64,000 nt of DNA, taken from positions 20,338,001-20,402,000 of the forward strand of contig NC_087437.1 of NCBI RefSeq assembly GCF_036321535.1, in the 5' to 3' direction. Position 1 is the first letter of the stretch; each line of letters opens with the position of its first letter. This DNA comes from Camelus dromedarius (Eukaryota). This document shows positions 26,136-43,394 of this stretch, piece by piece. The position numbers and the translations under genes are program-made. The notes under the pieces were generated by a model. The model saw only the letters and a program-made list of their open reading frames with translations. It did not search any database and was not told the origin of the DNA.

Positions 26136-27199
26136 AAAAGAGGAAGACTTGCACAGATTAATGATGAAAATACATTCAGGAATGAAACTCAAAAAACTCT
26201 GTGCATGCAGAATAGAGAATAATCTCAATAAAACTCAGTTTGGAAAAACATGTGGCGGGGAAGTGTCTCTCATACAGCATTGGTGTCAGTATGAAACGGC
26301 ATATTTATTTAAGTAAGCAATTTAGTAATTACAAATAAATAAATAAATAAATAAAGCACTTAAGCCTACAATCCAGAATTTTCATTTGTAGGGATCTAAA
26401 ACCAACATGTGGCTGGAACAGTTAGCACTCAGCAAATGTTCTTTCTTATTATAAAGGTGATAATCATAGGGAAAGATAATATATTAGGCAATAAATTCCT
26501 GCAGCCAAAATCAGCTCCCACTTCTGCTTCTTTTTGGAAAAAAATAAGACAGTGTTTATGCCATATTATGGTATGATTATGAAATGTCTGTTCTTTTAAG
26601 CTTTGCAAGCTGTACAAAATAGAAAGCAAAATTCTGCCCTGAAATAGAAGGTCATTTCTAGACATACTGAGCATGCACTGAAAGAAGAGTTAAAGATGCT
26701 CATGTAGAGTTCCAGCCTCTTGATAAAAGGGATACAGTGGGATGGGAGGGGAGGTGGGAAGGTGGGAGGAAATGGAGCTTGAGCCTCACCCAAACCTCAG
26801 GAGGCTGCAAAAAATGCCAAGAAATAGTCAATGACTAATGCCTGAAGCCTTGTGAAAATCAGCAGTGACTATGCAGTAACGGACAAACTCAATGACTACT
26901 AAAAACTGCCTTAAAAAACCTATATCTCTCTTTCCCTTTATTTCTTTCTCCAAATAGTAATTCCTTTTATATATGGCATTATTATTTGTAAACACTGTGC
27001 TTTGTTCATCAGCTTAAGAGTTGTACTAATGCAAAAAAAAAAAAAAAAAAAAAAGCCCAAGAAGAAGAACATCATGTCCACTTTTCCAATTAATTTACAC
27101 CCAGGCCTTTCAGACATACCCTGAAATCAACTTGCCCAAGTTGCAGGGAAAGCACCAAGCAAAGAGAAAGAGCTTCTGAAATCCACCCCATAACCTGAA

Positions 27200-27918
<719 letters not shown>

Positions 27919-28064
27919 TAAGTGCCGCGCGCCCCACACGGGCCAGGGCGGCTCAGGAAAACTAGGGGCTCTGCCGCCGGTGGGGGCAGGGCAGGCCAGC
28001 GCCCCCACCCTGGGTCCATTTCTCTATCTGAAAAAAGGAGGCCAAGGATTCGGTAGCAATTAAG

Positions 28065-28635
28065 TCTAGCTACAACGTCCCCATGCAAAGACATCGCATA
28101 GTCACTGTATGGTGACAGATGGTAACTAGACATCGTGGTGATCGTTTTCAAAATGTACAGAAACATCAAATCTCTGTGTTCTGCAACAGGAACTAACATA
28201 GTGTTGTAGGTAAATTCTACTTCAAAAACAAATAAATAAACCAACTCATGGGAAAAGACCAGATTTGTGGCAGAGGGTGGGAGGAGGGGAACTGGATAAA
28301 GGCAGGCAAAGGCACACACTTCCAGTTATAAGACAGACAGAGACTAGAGATGCCATGTACCCCATGACAAAGATAGCTGACACTGCTGTAGGTTCTGCAT
28401 GAGAGTTAAGAGACTAAATCCTAAGAGTTGTTAGCATGAGAGAAAATTTTTTATTTTTTAATTAATTTTTTCTATTTCTTTAATTCTGTATCTATACGAG
28501 ATGAGGGGTATCCACTAAACTTACCGTGATAATCACTTCATGATATTTGTAAACCAAAACATTATGCTGCAGACCTTAAACGTATACAGGGCTATATTAT
28601 ATCTCAATAAAACCAAGAGGAAAAAAAGAACTAAA
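28065..28635 (+). mobile_element. L1 3' UTR fragment in TRIM42 intron 1, sense orientation
   Basis: gtatggtgacagatggtaactagac...ggaactaacatagtgttgtagg...cttccagttataag...tatatctcaataaaacc plus an A-rich tail. Confidence 0.8.
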
Positions 28636-29898
28636 AAGTTCTATAATCTGTTTTGCACTTGATGTAGTAATAAAAGCATATAGTCAATGGTGTTATTATT
28701 ATTTTAAATACTTGTTTTTGTTTGTGTTTAAAATGTAGTAATAAAATTTACTTCAACTGTGAAAAAAAAAAAAGAATTTTGCAGCAATTAAGCATGTGTC
28801 CTAAACAGCCACTAACCAGTATAGACCTGAGTTCCAAATCCAAGCTCCCGGAGCTGTGAGCGAGTGTGGCACTCCCCTGAACCCCCACCTCTCTCACCTC
28901 TACAAAATAATAATAGCTCATACTTAGCACGTCAGCAATTTGCCAGGTACCACATGCACGACTCCAAGTAACCCTCACCCCATGCCCACGATACCAGTGA
29001 GGAAGCTGAGCTTTTGAGAGGTTGAGATGCCCAGGATCACAGAGCTAGTAAGATGCAGTCAGAATCTGAACCCAGAGTCTGTGTGCTTAACTTTAAAATG
29101 CTGTCCTGCAATATGGAGAGTGTGGTACCTGTAATGATTCAGTGGGTATGAGGATTCATATAACTTTGAAATCTGTTATGTGATAAAAATATATATATAT
29201 AAATTGCTCTTCCTCTTCCTCTGGACTCTTGATATCTGCAACACTTATTAGAAAAGCAACAACTTCTACAGGCTGCTTTTGCCCCCATGGCCTGTATAAC
29301 AGTTCCCAGATGGCTGTGAACTCCTGCCAGCCTTCTCTTGGTTCCCACCCAGAAGTCATGGCACTGAGGGTCTCAGTTACTCACTTAGGGCAATAACTCT
29401 CTGTGCCAGGCACTGTGTATGCTCCTCCTGCTCTGACTAAGGTGGTCTCTTTATTGCCACATGTGAGGGAAGTCTGGACTAGCAGAGGCAAACTTCCAGG
29501 GGGAAGACCAGAAAAGCTCAGCGTTCTAAGATGACAGCGTTTGGAGGGGCAGAAAAATGAAAGGCAGCTTGGAAGCCTTTCCAGGCTGGAAAAACAATTC
29601 TGCGAGCAAAGGTTCAGTGAGTTCAGGGGAAGAATATGATCTCTTGTGTGGTTCAGCACTTAGCAGATGGTTAATAAAGGTTATCCTCACTCACAGACCT
29701 CTTGCGATGTTTGCATGAATAGAGAAGCCAGGGGTAATGGATGCAAGTCCAGAAGTTCTCAGGTGCAGCCGAGTAGCATCCACACTCACACTCCTCTCTC
29801 CTCTCCACTGCCCCGTTTTCTGCGCATCAGCAATGGAGAGTCACCAAGCCCATCTCAACAGGGGAGGGATGACATGGGTGCTCTGAGAGATGCTTAGG

Positions 29899-30075
29899 CC
29901 AGCAGCTCCCAAACTTTGTTTTGCATTAGAATCACCTGGGTATTTTTAAACGACTGACGCCTAGCCCACATCACCTGACATTCTGATTTTATTGGTCTGG
30001 GGTATGATCTGGACATTAGAATTGTAAAACCCTCTCTTGCCCCCAAGCAATTCTAAAGTGCAGAATGGCCTGGAG
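29899..30075. mobile_element. hAT-Charlie MITE (MER5-like)
   Basis: cagcagctcccaaactt...gcattagaatcacctggg...attctgattttattggtctggggt. Confidence 0.7.
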
Positions 30076-32354
30076 GGAACAAGGAGGAAAGCTAGGGCTT
30101 GCCAGGTGATACAAGAGGAACCCAAGTACAAGGATAACAGGCCTAAATTTGGGAGGAGGCAGTCGCTGTGCAGAGGAGCAGAGGCCAGTTGTCTTAAGAA
30201 GGAAAGGCTACTGGGCCTGGTAACTGTTTTGGCATGGAACCATGGCCACTGAATACCAGGGTGCAAGCCTCAGACTTTCAGATGATGATCAGAGATATTA
30301 CTGCAAGTGCCAGGAGGTTGGCACAAGGTACCCTGAGGCTCATCTTCCATATGGTCTCTCTCCTGGTTTCTGAAGCACTGCCTCCCCTGTTCTCAACACT
30401 GCATCCTGCTCAGCCTCTTGCACATCCTGCCTCACTCTGATTTCATGCATCACTCTTCACCTTACTCATCTCTTTTTCTGCCTTCCTTTTACATCTCCAC
30501 CCCAGGTCCCTGGGCCATTAACACCTGTCCAATCGCCCTGCTCTCTCTTTCTCTTTACCCCACAACTCCTCCCTCCCTGCTTTCTGATTTCTCATGCTGT
30601 CTCCCTTTATACAATACCCTGATTCTCAGAGTCCCACCTTATCGAACTAGAGAAGTCCATTCAGCTAACACGTTTACAACTGCCCTGTCCGTCCAGGTGA
30701 CCCCTGCGGGGCCCTGGCAGGAGAAATCAGAGGCTGAGAGAGCAGACAAGGAATGAGGCTGAGAACATTGAGGCTGGCCGGCCTGGACACCAGCATCCAA
30801 ATCTCTAAGGGATGAGTTTTCCAGGTGCCTGAGATTCCACAAGGGGCACTGTCACTATAGGGCCACTGCACTCCAGCATGTCTGAGCAGCACTCTTGACT
30901 TGAGGTCTTGGCCTCAAGATCTTAACCTTGATTTTTGACTGTCTGGGCTCTGAGACCTGGGTCCTTGGCCAAGGGAATAAGGAAGGAACTGGGGCCATTT
31001 AGGGACCGTAAGAAGGCAAAAGCAAAAGAGAACACAGTTACAATGTCAACTCAGCGCCCAGACATCCTAATACAAACAGAGGAGAAGAGACGTGAATAGT
31101 CACAAACTGTGTATCTTTTTATACCTCCATCCTCATGGCTAATTCATTTATTTTCATAAACTGCTTTTGCCCTGATTGTGGCTTCTCAGGACACACACTC
31201 AAATTCTATATGCAAGCATTTACTTCATCCATAGTTCTTACAATATATGAAATCAGCCTCAGATATCAGATAAACAAAGGTTGAATACACACACACACAG
31301 TAGAAGCACACGCTTCTCACAAACTTGACCATCATTTTCCTCTACTATGAACACGGGCGGGCTAGGAGCAGAGGGAAGTCGTTACAGTGGCTATTTATTG
31401 AATGCTTATTATTTATGTTCCAGCAGTTAAGCACTTATCATGGGTTATCTCATGGAAACTATAAAAGTCTCATGAAGGAAGTAGTATTGAGAGCTCTGAT
31501 TTACAGATGAGGAAACGAGGATGACAGAGGTGAAGAAACTTATCTCAAACGTGTATTTCGAAAGTGGTGCATTCCATCGTGTGCAACCTGCCCCTAGAGT
31601 CCAGCCCCTTAAGCCTTACCTAGTGGTCTGGTGGTCAGAACACACGGGTTCTAGGCTTGTCTCCGGGAAAGACTTCCTGGTGTCCTGAGAAGAACACTTT
31701 ACCCATTTTCTTCTGTATTTCATTCCACATACTATAATAATGATGACGTCAGCACCCTCTAGGCAAAACCCAGCAAGAAAACGCCTGTCATTGGAGGAGA
31801 TTGGATTTATTAGCCCACTGCAACCACTGAGAATATACACCATGGACAAGTGTGAGGTATCTTGGTAAAAAGGCATCAATAAGTTATAATAAAATGTAGG
31901 CTCATGTTAGGTGAGGACATAGGGGAAAATCTTCTATTGGGTATCTAAACATATCTAGCCTGTAAGGTAGGAAGAACAAAGTGGAGCCTAATGCTGTAAT
32001 TGGTGAAAAGCAACAATCACCCCCTTTAACCAGGACAGGGGATATCTGGTCACTTTCGCGATTGGCGAAGGTTCCTGCCTTGGTCTCAGTTCAAAGGTCA
32101 TGAAGTGGTCTTGTTTCTGCTTTGCTGCACCACAGTCCCAGAATGTCCTTGTCCACTGTGGGGGTTCTGTGATATTATTGGTGGACAAAAGAACCCCAAA
32201 ACCCAGCTGACTGTGCTGAGCCAGTCCCGGCTGTTTTTCTTTTGCTCGAAAATAACAAGTAGTTGTATAGCACTTAACATATTGGAGAGAACGCTCTAAG
32301 GCCTTGCAGGCATTCAATTCAGTTTTCGTCCTCTCAAGAAACTCTACCAGGTGA

Positions 32355-33323
<969 letters not shown>

Positions 33324-35958
33324 TGAACTGATGGGGAAGGTAGTTTGGGGCATTCTGTTTAGTGAGAGCCTTACCTCCACCTGGTGGAACCGTCCAAGCC
33401 CTGGGAGACACTGAGCGAGGCCACAAGTCGGTGGCCTGGTATCCACACCTGGCAATTTCCACCAGCCACTTAAGCTCCCTGTGCCTTAGTTTTCTCATCT
33501 ATAAAATGGAGACAAGAGTAGTAACTCCCTCACTGGGTGGTTGTACGGATTAAATGAGTTACTCTGTGGAGCATGCAAAAAACTATCTTAGCACATAATG
33601 AGTAGATGAAGATTCCATAATCTCAGTTATCATCTTTATGACATTGGTCCTCATTTTCCCCTTTGGAGAATGAAGAGTTTGATCCTATTATATTCCTAAG
33701 TTCTTTGAGCCTTTCTAAGGTGTTTTGCTACTAAAGTTGGATTTCTTCAGTATCTTCCCATTTTGCAGGGGGAAGGAATTAAGTCACTGTTGAACGTTAC
33801 CTCAGTTTAAGATTTTCCCCAACTGATTTTTCCCCAGAGTTGCAAACAACAAAGTAAATAAACTAGTAACAAATACATAATAATGAGAAAACTCAGAAAT
33901 AGCCAATAATGTTCTAGTCAACAGCTTGTTTTTCCTCTGCACGTGTGCTCATGGTTATTTTATATGGGCTACATACCATACAGTTGTAGATTCTATAAGG
34001 GAAACTGACCCAAGTTTCCATAATGGAACCCAGTGCAACAATGTTTTACAGGGTTCAGAAAGGAGCCAACTAATTTCTGGGTATATATATCCACTGGGTT
34101 AGACTCGAGGATCTCAGAGATCCTTTTAGGCTCTTTGCCCCTGGGAATAGCCCTAGGCCTTTTAGAAGAATTATGTCTAATCTGCTCAATAATTTTACAG
34201 TACAGGTATTAAAATTCCCTCTATGGATAAGACAACTGGGATTCCAAGAAGTAACTGGCACAAGGCCTTTAGTAAATGGCTGACTCAGTCTCTCTGACTC
34301 TAAAGCCCATGTTAGTTCCACAACATTCATTTGACAACTTACTCTGTTAAACAATGACCAGAATCTGAAGACAGAGAGACTGAAAAATAACACCACCACC
34401 GCCGCTTAGGATATTGCTCTAAGTGGTGGCCTAGAGTCACGTGACCAAAGTGCACCAGATCAGCCCAGCCTCCCCCGTGTCAGATAGTTTAGTGTCCATA
34501 CAGACATGCCTGAACAGATGACAAAGGGGCAGCTGTCCCTGAGCTGCACAGAAAGGTCCCATGGGACACAGAGATGGGTCAGAGGCTACGTCCCCCAGGA
34601 CCTCTCACCAGCATGAATATTTCAGGAAAACACTGATTCTCAATTGCCCCAAACCTGGGAACTTTATTTGTCAGTTGATATTTATTCAGTTTGGGAACAC
34701 CACCAGGAAGCCCCTATATTGAAGAAAACCTACAGGAGCCACATTGCCAGGCCAGTGGAGGCCCCACTGGTTCCTAGAGGGTTTTCTTAAGGGAGGACCC
34801 ATGGCCTGAGCTTGGCTGGATTCTCCAGAGCCTCAGCATGGGGAAGGGGCTGTTGCCTGCAGCCTTCTGGGGGCTCCGGGCAACCCTAGGAAGCCTGGGT
34901 CTTTAACACAGGAGAAACCTAGGATAGTTTTCTCAAAGTCCAGGACACCTAAAAGCCAGACATTGAAGTTTGATTCAGGGTGAGGGGACATCAGTACAAA
35001 TTCCAGAGGGCCCAGCAGTAGGGAAGGAGCCATCTTCATGGCATATCCATTCAGATATAGGCAAAGAATTTAGCTGGTCCATTCTTGTTAAAAAAAAAAT
35101 TTTTTTAACCAGGGTTCAAACTTGCTCTTAAGAATTCAATTCACTTTCTGGGGAAGGGCTAGAAATCTGCACTGTTAACAGATCTCCACGTAATTCAAAA
35201 GCAGGTGATCTGAGAAGACACTTTGAGGAACTCTGGGCCCTGGAGGGAAGACTCAGTTTGGGTTGGTGTTTAAAGCTGCAGTGTCAACCTCAGGTGCTCA
35301 ATGGGACTAGTGGGGAGCTTGACTAGCAACTGATGCCTGAATCCCATCCCCACAGAAGTACAAGCTAAGTAGTGAGGGTTTTTCAAAAGCTCCCATGTGA
35401 TTCTTTTTTTTTTTTTTTAAAGTACGTGTCAAAGAGCAGTCCCAGAGAAGGGGAACTTGGCTGACTTGCCGCTGTTATCACCGGCTGGGTTTTGGTGAAG
35501 GAGGCAAGAGGACATTTAGAAATAGTCATCAGAAATTTAGTTCTTTCTCCCACCCCTGCCAAAGCTTAGCTTTCACACAGGGATAACCCATCACTTTGTG
35601 ACATCATCTCTTCTCAAGTCCAATTTGCTGACAAATGAAGTCTGGTGGAAACTAATATCCAGGGTGGCCTTGAACTTCCAACTTTAGACGCAAGGCCACA
35701 ACAGGAATTACTGTTACAAGATAAAGTATGCCAGGGAAGGATGACTGTTATATCTGAGGGAGGTATTAGACCAGGGGAAGAGAGGGGTGTATGGAACAAG
35801 GCCACGTTCACTTTATAAACCTATGCTTGCATCTTTCAGCCCAGCTACGAGCGGCCTCCCTCCCTTCCACCCACATCTTTGGATCCCAAGTTAGTTTGCC
35901 CCAGTTTGCCACTGGCTGTGACATGTAGGGAAATGAAACATTTAACTGAAATAACTGA

Positions 35959-36852
<894 letters not shown>

Positions 36853-37679
36853 TAGGTAGTTGGGAAAGACTGCACTTACTTCTTTGACCTCTAGGGTCTG
36901 GTCATTCAGATCTGTTTCTCTGGACTCTTTGTGGTCAGCCCATTCCAAAGGGGTACATTTCTGAAATCTTAAGTTGCCCAAGATTGGCATAAACTAAATA
37001 ATGTATTTAACTCATAGACAGAAATACATCTGAAAGCCCCAACTCCACTTCAAAGGCAGCTTCTCTCTTGAAAGAGAACACAATTTGGGAACGAAATTAA
37101 TTTGAGGAGACTCCTGGAGAGGGTAATATTTCCCAAAAGGAAGTCTGTAGCAGTAGACAGAGCACAGAAACTGGAATTAGAAATGCAGGCTCCATTATTT
37201 ATCAGTTGTGATTCTTCTAAATTGCTACTTTTTCTAGAGAAAATATCCAGACTCATCATGATTTGGAAAGATTAGGATAGTCCTCAGTGGAATTCCAATT
37301 CTTATCTCCCAAGATTCAGCTTTTTTGGGGTGTGAAGGGGTGTGGCTCTCTTACAGACCTCTACAGCTGCCTTCACTCAGCATCAGCGAATATGACTCTT
37401 CCTTGACCTTCTTGACCTAACATAACCAAATGGCCCTTCCCTTAACATTCCTTTCAAATCCAACTCAACCTAAATTGAATTGTTTATAGAATGGTTTATT
37501 AAAGTTCACAGAGAGGAGAAAAAATATTCTATTAGAGCATCTCTTTCGTCCTTTTGGGGTTCCCTATAGTAACATCCCCCAAGCCAGCTCTTGGCCTGCA
37601 TCCAAGCAGTGGATCCCATCTTTTGCCTCGATGGTCTGAGAACACTCACAAAGACTTTTAGCATCCTGAAAGCTTATAC

Positions 37680-37830
37680 TAGTGGTTCTCAAACATTATG
37701 CACCTGGGGATCTTGTCAAAATGCAGATTCTGCTTCAGTGGGTCTCACCGGGGCCTGAGATTCTGCACTTCTAACAAACTTCCAGGTGTTGGCATCACTG
37801 GCAGGCTGCAAACCACACATCAGTATCAAA
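37680..37830. mobile_element. hAT-Charlie MITE (MER5A-like)
   Basis: tagtggttctcaaa...aaaatgcagattctgcttcagtgggtct...gggcctgagattctgcacttctaacaaacttccaggtg. Confidence 0.75.
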
Positions 37831-38791
37831 GGTCTAAAAATAAGAAAATGAAAGGCAGACACTGACCAAGCCTTACTTTTATTTTCTCTCAAAGCATCAT
37901 AATCTATGTTTTGGCATCTATAATTAACTCCAAGAATTACGTTGTGTTGCAAGGTAGAACATGCCCTCCCATAGGCTGTCAAACACCACAAAGACACTGC
38001 TGTTCACATAACAGACACTCACAACATTTCCAAATGATTCCAGATCAGCCAGGCCTGCAGTATATGTGACATTATCTCAGGAATGGCATTAGGTCTTATC
38101 TCCACACAACTCGGACTTCTTGGGAAGTGGGCAGGATTTTGCTCTGGGGGAAGGACTGGTGATATGTGCTCTATACTTGGGCTTGGAGAACAGTCACCTT
38201 ATGCCACCTATTAATGGTCCCTTGATGAGCTCAAGAAAGGAGCCTACACAGAAAACCCAGTCAAGTCATTGACTCTCAAGATAGAACAACCAAACCTACT
38301 GCCCAACAGCGGTATCTGATGTACAAATATCATTGACCCCAATTTCAGGATCATGGGACAGAATTCTCACAGGAATCATAGTGCTCAGTGATACAGAAGA
38401 TGAAATTTGTTTTGGCATCTCTCTCAAGTTTTGGCTGACTAACAGCCCTCTTTTAGCCTAGGAAATATTCTTAAAGTTAGTCTTAAACTTGTCGTTATAT
38501 ATCTTAAAAATCCTAAAGAGTTTTTTATAAAAATTTTATTTTATTTCTAAAAATCTTTCCTAAGGAAGTGATTAAAAATTCAAATGAAGATTCATGCCCA
38601 AAAGTGTTCGTTGCACCATTATTTATTAGAGTGTGGAATTAGAAACAACTTAAATGCTCAACTATAGAAAGAGTAAATCAGTTATTGGGCAGTTATTAAA
38701 ATGGTGCTTTACTGAATCTTTAATGATATAGAGAAATAAATAAAATGTAATAACTGAAATAAAGCAGGAATCAAAGCAATATAACCCAAAT

Positions 38792-38800
<9 letters not shown>

Positions 38801-38852
<52 letters not shown>
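38801..38852. repeat. (GT)26 microsatellite
   Basis: Perfect dinucleotide run preceded by a short (TA)n, in TRIM42 intron 3. Confidence 0.99.
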
Positions 38853-38854
<2 letters not shown>

Positions 38855-39835
38855 TCCAAAATTGGAAACAAATAATGCATTATTACCTGAATTGTGGGAT
38901 TGTAAGCGGTATTTATTTTCTTCCTTCCCTTTTATTTTGTATTTTCCAAGTATATATTTTTAAATGAGTATGTTTTGATAATCAGGAAAAAAATGTTAAT
39001 TTTTATTCATAAGTCATACAAATGTATAAAGTTTTGAAAGTATAAATATGTAAAATAAGTATAAATTATATAAATCCATACAAACTTTAACTTTTATATA
39101 TTTATAAGAGTAATTATAAATTAATTTTATACAAAATATCATTTAAATGTATTAAAATTTAAATAAAGCATTCAACATCTGTTTCAAAATGTAATTACTA
39201 TAAAATATTTATATGGCAGGCACAATCTGCCAATTGACACTTGTTAATTTATCTTTTCCCAAGAGGTGACATTTTATGCTTTGAGTGTGAACATATATTC
39301 TCCATCACTTGGATAAGTCATTTCACCTCTTTGGGACTCTTACTTCCTTGTGTATAAAATAGAAGGTTGAAATAGATACACTTTCCAACCTCTAGTAGTC
39401 TGTGGTTCCATTGGAATTGCTCAATGGAAATTTCTGAGCCTAGACTGTAAAACGGGATAAGAAAATCCTCCATCCAGGGAGCTGTAAGGACCAAATGAGT
39501 TGTCTGACACAGAATGTGCTGCATAATAGCTGTTCAATAAATGGCAGCCACTTTGGTCAATGGTGTCAGGAAGACAGCGGGAACCTCCATGTTGATGGAC
39601 AGGAACAGAAGCCAGAGGAGCATTCTTCTGTTTTTGAAACTCATTGCAAGCATCAGGTCAGGCCTTATCATGCTGCCTTTTAAGACCACACAAGGTCCAA
39701 CTCAAAGTCTTCAGCAGCTAGAGGGGATGAGTCAGTTTGAACTCACCTCACAGATAGTCATGACACAGATCTTCATGGGGAAGAAAGCTGAATGGTGTGT
39801 GCTCGTACCCCAGTGACACATCCATTTCTTCCTAG

Positions 39836-40237
<402 letters not shown>

Positions 40238-40477
40238 TGAAAATCGTCAGTTCAGTTTGATTCCAAAAACATTTGTGCCAGGTATTGTATTAAGATGTAA
40301 AGGTTCAGCGGAATTCTTGCCTTCAAGGAGCTATTTTATTTTTTATTTGTTTTATTTATTATTATTTGTTTACTAGACTTTGAGGTCTAGTAAACAAATA
40401 ATTGTGATGTGAGAAGGACAAAAACAGAATTAAGTATTAGCCTCAATGATGACTCACAGCAAGGAGAGGGCATCAGA

Positions 40478-40600
40478 GTTAACAAATATGAATTCAAGAC
40501 AAATACAATGAAGAGTTTTTTAGTGTTAGTATGTCCCATGAAATATTTAGGACAGACTTATATTAAGAAAAATGTATTTGTTGTTTAGCTGAAAGTCAAG
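40478..40600. mobile_element. MER53-like palindromic hAT MITE, decayed
   Basis: ttttttagtgttagtatgtccc...ggacagacttatattaagaaaaatgtatttgttgtttagctgaaa matches the self-complementary MER53 core as I recall it. Confidence 0.7.
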
Positions 40601-42659
40601 GAATAACCACTGAGCAAGTCAGGATGGACTCCAAAAAAAGAAGGGACAAGATTATCCTGGTCTTCTTTGTGATGCAAGGCTGATTCTTCTTTATATCCCC
40701 AGGGGATGTACATTCATGTGTATAATTTTCTTCATATTCAAAGGAGAAAGGGAAGAAAAATATCAAGACTGTCCAGAGCTATCTTACTGTACAACCATGA
40801 TGGTGTGTTCTTAGGAATCAGAGTAGATTATGTCTTAATCGGGGATTCTTTAGAAGTAAAGAGAATAAGCCCATTCATTTCAGCTTTTGAAAAGGTAAAT
40901 TTATGCTACAGAGAGAGGGGAGTCTCATGAGACCGCTTCCAGACGGGACATCCATCTGATACCCAAGAAGGCGGGAAGGCCATCAGTTTCTCTCAGTCTC
41001 TCAGTCAACGTCTCTCTCTCTACTCCCTCCCTCTCTTTCTCTCCCACACCCCCTCCTTCCATCTCTGCCTCTCTCTGACTCTGCACCATTTTCAGCTAGC
41101 GCATCATTTCTACCTCCCCTAAATCCAGCTTGTGTGTGGTTTGGGAGGTTCTTGGCCCAACCTCTGTGTAACCAACACAGTCTGACTAGCTTAACATTCT
41201 TTGGCTCTGCTCAGATGTCTGCAGAAGAGACTCTAATTGGCTGCTGCCTCTAGTGATAAAGGGAAGCAGGGGTAGGGAGGGGCAGGATAGTGCTGGTGGT
41301 CTGTGAGGGTGGGGCTCTCCACTCCATCCTGATGCTCTGCTTCTGGGGCCCAGCACCCCGTGCACTCCCTCCTCCTCCCCGGGGGCCAGACGCTCACATG
41401 GGAAGGAAGTGGAATGAGAGAGCCACCTGGCTGCTCCTCCTGTTAGACCCAGCCAGGTACCTGGGCAGTCAGTTACCCCAGAGCCCAGTTCCTGTTGCTA
41501 CCCTTCTCTGCAGAGCCTGGACCACCCACAGGTGCTCCCATGTTTGGCAGCATGTCCTTTTGACTATGGATTCTTCCTTCAATCTAATTCCATCTGCCGT
41601 CTCATTTTTTAGAAATTCCTCAGAAACGTCTTGCCCATGAAGGGTACCCAGTGTTGTTACTAATTTTTTTATTTGTATCTTACGTCATTTTTAGATGCTA
41701 GGGGCAAGAATGGTGTCTACAAGACACTGACGTATGTCAGCCTTTCTCAGGTGAATATGTTATCATCTCTGTTTAACTCTGAACTCCTTGAAAACAAAAT
41801 TTGTGTCCAATTCATCTTTCTTTCTCCCACAGTGCTTACCACAGCACTGTGCATATAGCAGGTTCTTAATGGTTATTGAATGAATACATGAGTGAAAATG
41901 TGACCAAACAAATGAATATATGAATAAATGGCTGAATTAAAGAGTGAAGAAATAAACTGATAAATAAAATTAATGACTACAAAGTACTATAAGATGCCTG
42001 AAAGCTGTTAAGTGTTTTTTACAGTCAATCAAGAAATAACATTCCCCCTGAAATTGTGTTTATGCGATTAGTTTGCCCTCCCTATAAGGGAAGGAAACTC
42101 ATTCCAGTTTCTTTGCTTTTTAACACAATTTCTAAATGAGCAGAGCACTAATTAATGAGGTTTTCTGGAAGCTTCATTTTTATCTGACTCCCAGAGCTGC
42201 AATATAGATTTTTCCTTCAGAAGTAATTCTTCCTCCCTCTTTGTGATGATATTAGCATTCCAGAGGAAACTCAGCTTTCCTTAACATTTGTCATGATTTG
42301 CATAAGTAAAGGCTTCAATAGCAAATGAAAATAAGATGGTGTGTCTGAATGACATTTATAAAGCTTCATAAAAGTAATGACTTTAGCGCTTTCCTATAAA
42401 ATCGAAATATTTTTCCTTTGGCATCCGTTGTACGTAGGTATTCCTGAAAGGTTTCATTTAAAATGCAATGATGAGACAACAGGATCATTTCTTATCCAAA
42501 ATGCAATATTTCCATCTTACAGACTTTCTTGGAAAGGCAGTAAAATAATACCATTTCTGTTTGATTTTCATAGTCTGTGGCTTGTTGATTTTTTTAAGGG
42601 ATTTCATTTGAAGTAAAATACACAGAGCATGAAAATTAACTTTAACATTTTTTAAAGGT

Positions 42660-42870
42660 CCCATTTACTGAAGGCAGACTCTGTGTCAGACACTGTATAT
42701 TCAGTGTCACTGATCATCCCAGCCTCTCGGAAGGCAGGGCGTTATTGCCTCCATTTTACAGATGAGGAAACTGAGGCTCAGAGAGGGAAGGTGTCTGGCC
42801 TCATGTAACCTGAAGTTGTTGACTGACCTGCCTAGGTCTCATCTAAGGCAGGAGCTCTTTGTCCCCTGCA
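42660..42870 (-). mobile_element. MIR SINE
   Basis: Core ccattttacagatgaggaaactgaggctcagagagggaag. Confidence 0.8.
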
Positions 42871-43394
42871 CCATAATCAGATGCAGCTAAGAACTGGGCA
42901 GGGTGGGTGGGCTCAGCCTTGCAGACCTGACACCACACTCTGGGAGAACTGTCAAAGCCAGTATCAGTGAGAGTGGGACTTTTTTTTTTTTTTTTTTTTT
43001 TTGAGAGGCAAGATCATGCATTGGGAAGGGCAGCAGACTTGGGCGGGGGTACTTGGGTCCAAGCCCCAACCTCACTAGGCAGCACGGTCAGTGAGGACAG
43101 GCATCCTGCTGGCCTCACTCACCCCTCTTGCCTCCCGGTCTCCAGCTAAGAGCTTCTAACATCCAAGAGCCTCACTGATATTTTGGAAGGAATGGAGAAA
43201 TGTGTTTTTAGGCAAATCACATACCTTGTGGCCTCAGTTTCTCCTCCTGCTCTTCCTCTAGTCCTCAGTGTACCTGCTGGCCATCGTCCCCAGCTATTTC
43301 TGAAAATAGCTTCCTGACTTCAATGTTCTCCTTTTGACTTTAAATCTCCACTAACTGCCAGGAAGGCTTCCCACGTCAAATCTAACTTTCCATC

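Noticed and set aside
38980..39215. Extremely AT-rich block in intron 3
   Set aside because: Low-complexity sequence next to an old L1 tail, with no defined repeat unit or structure.
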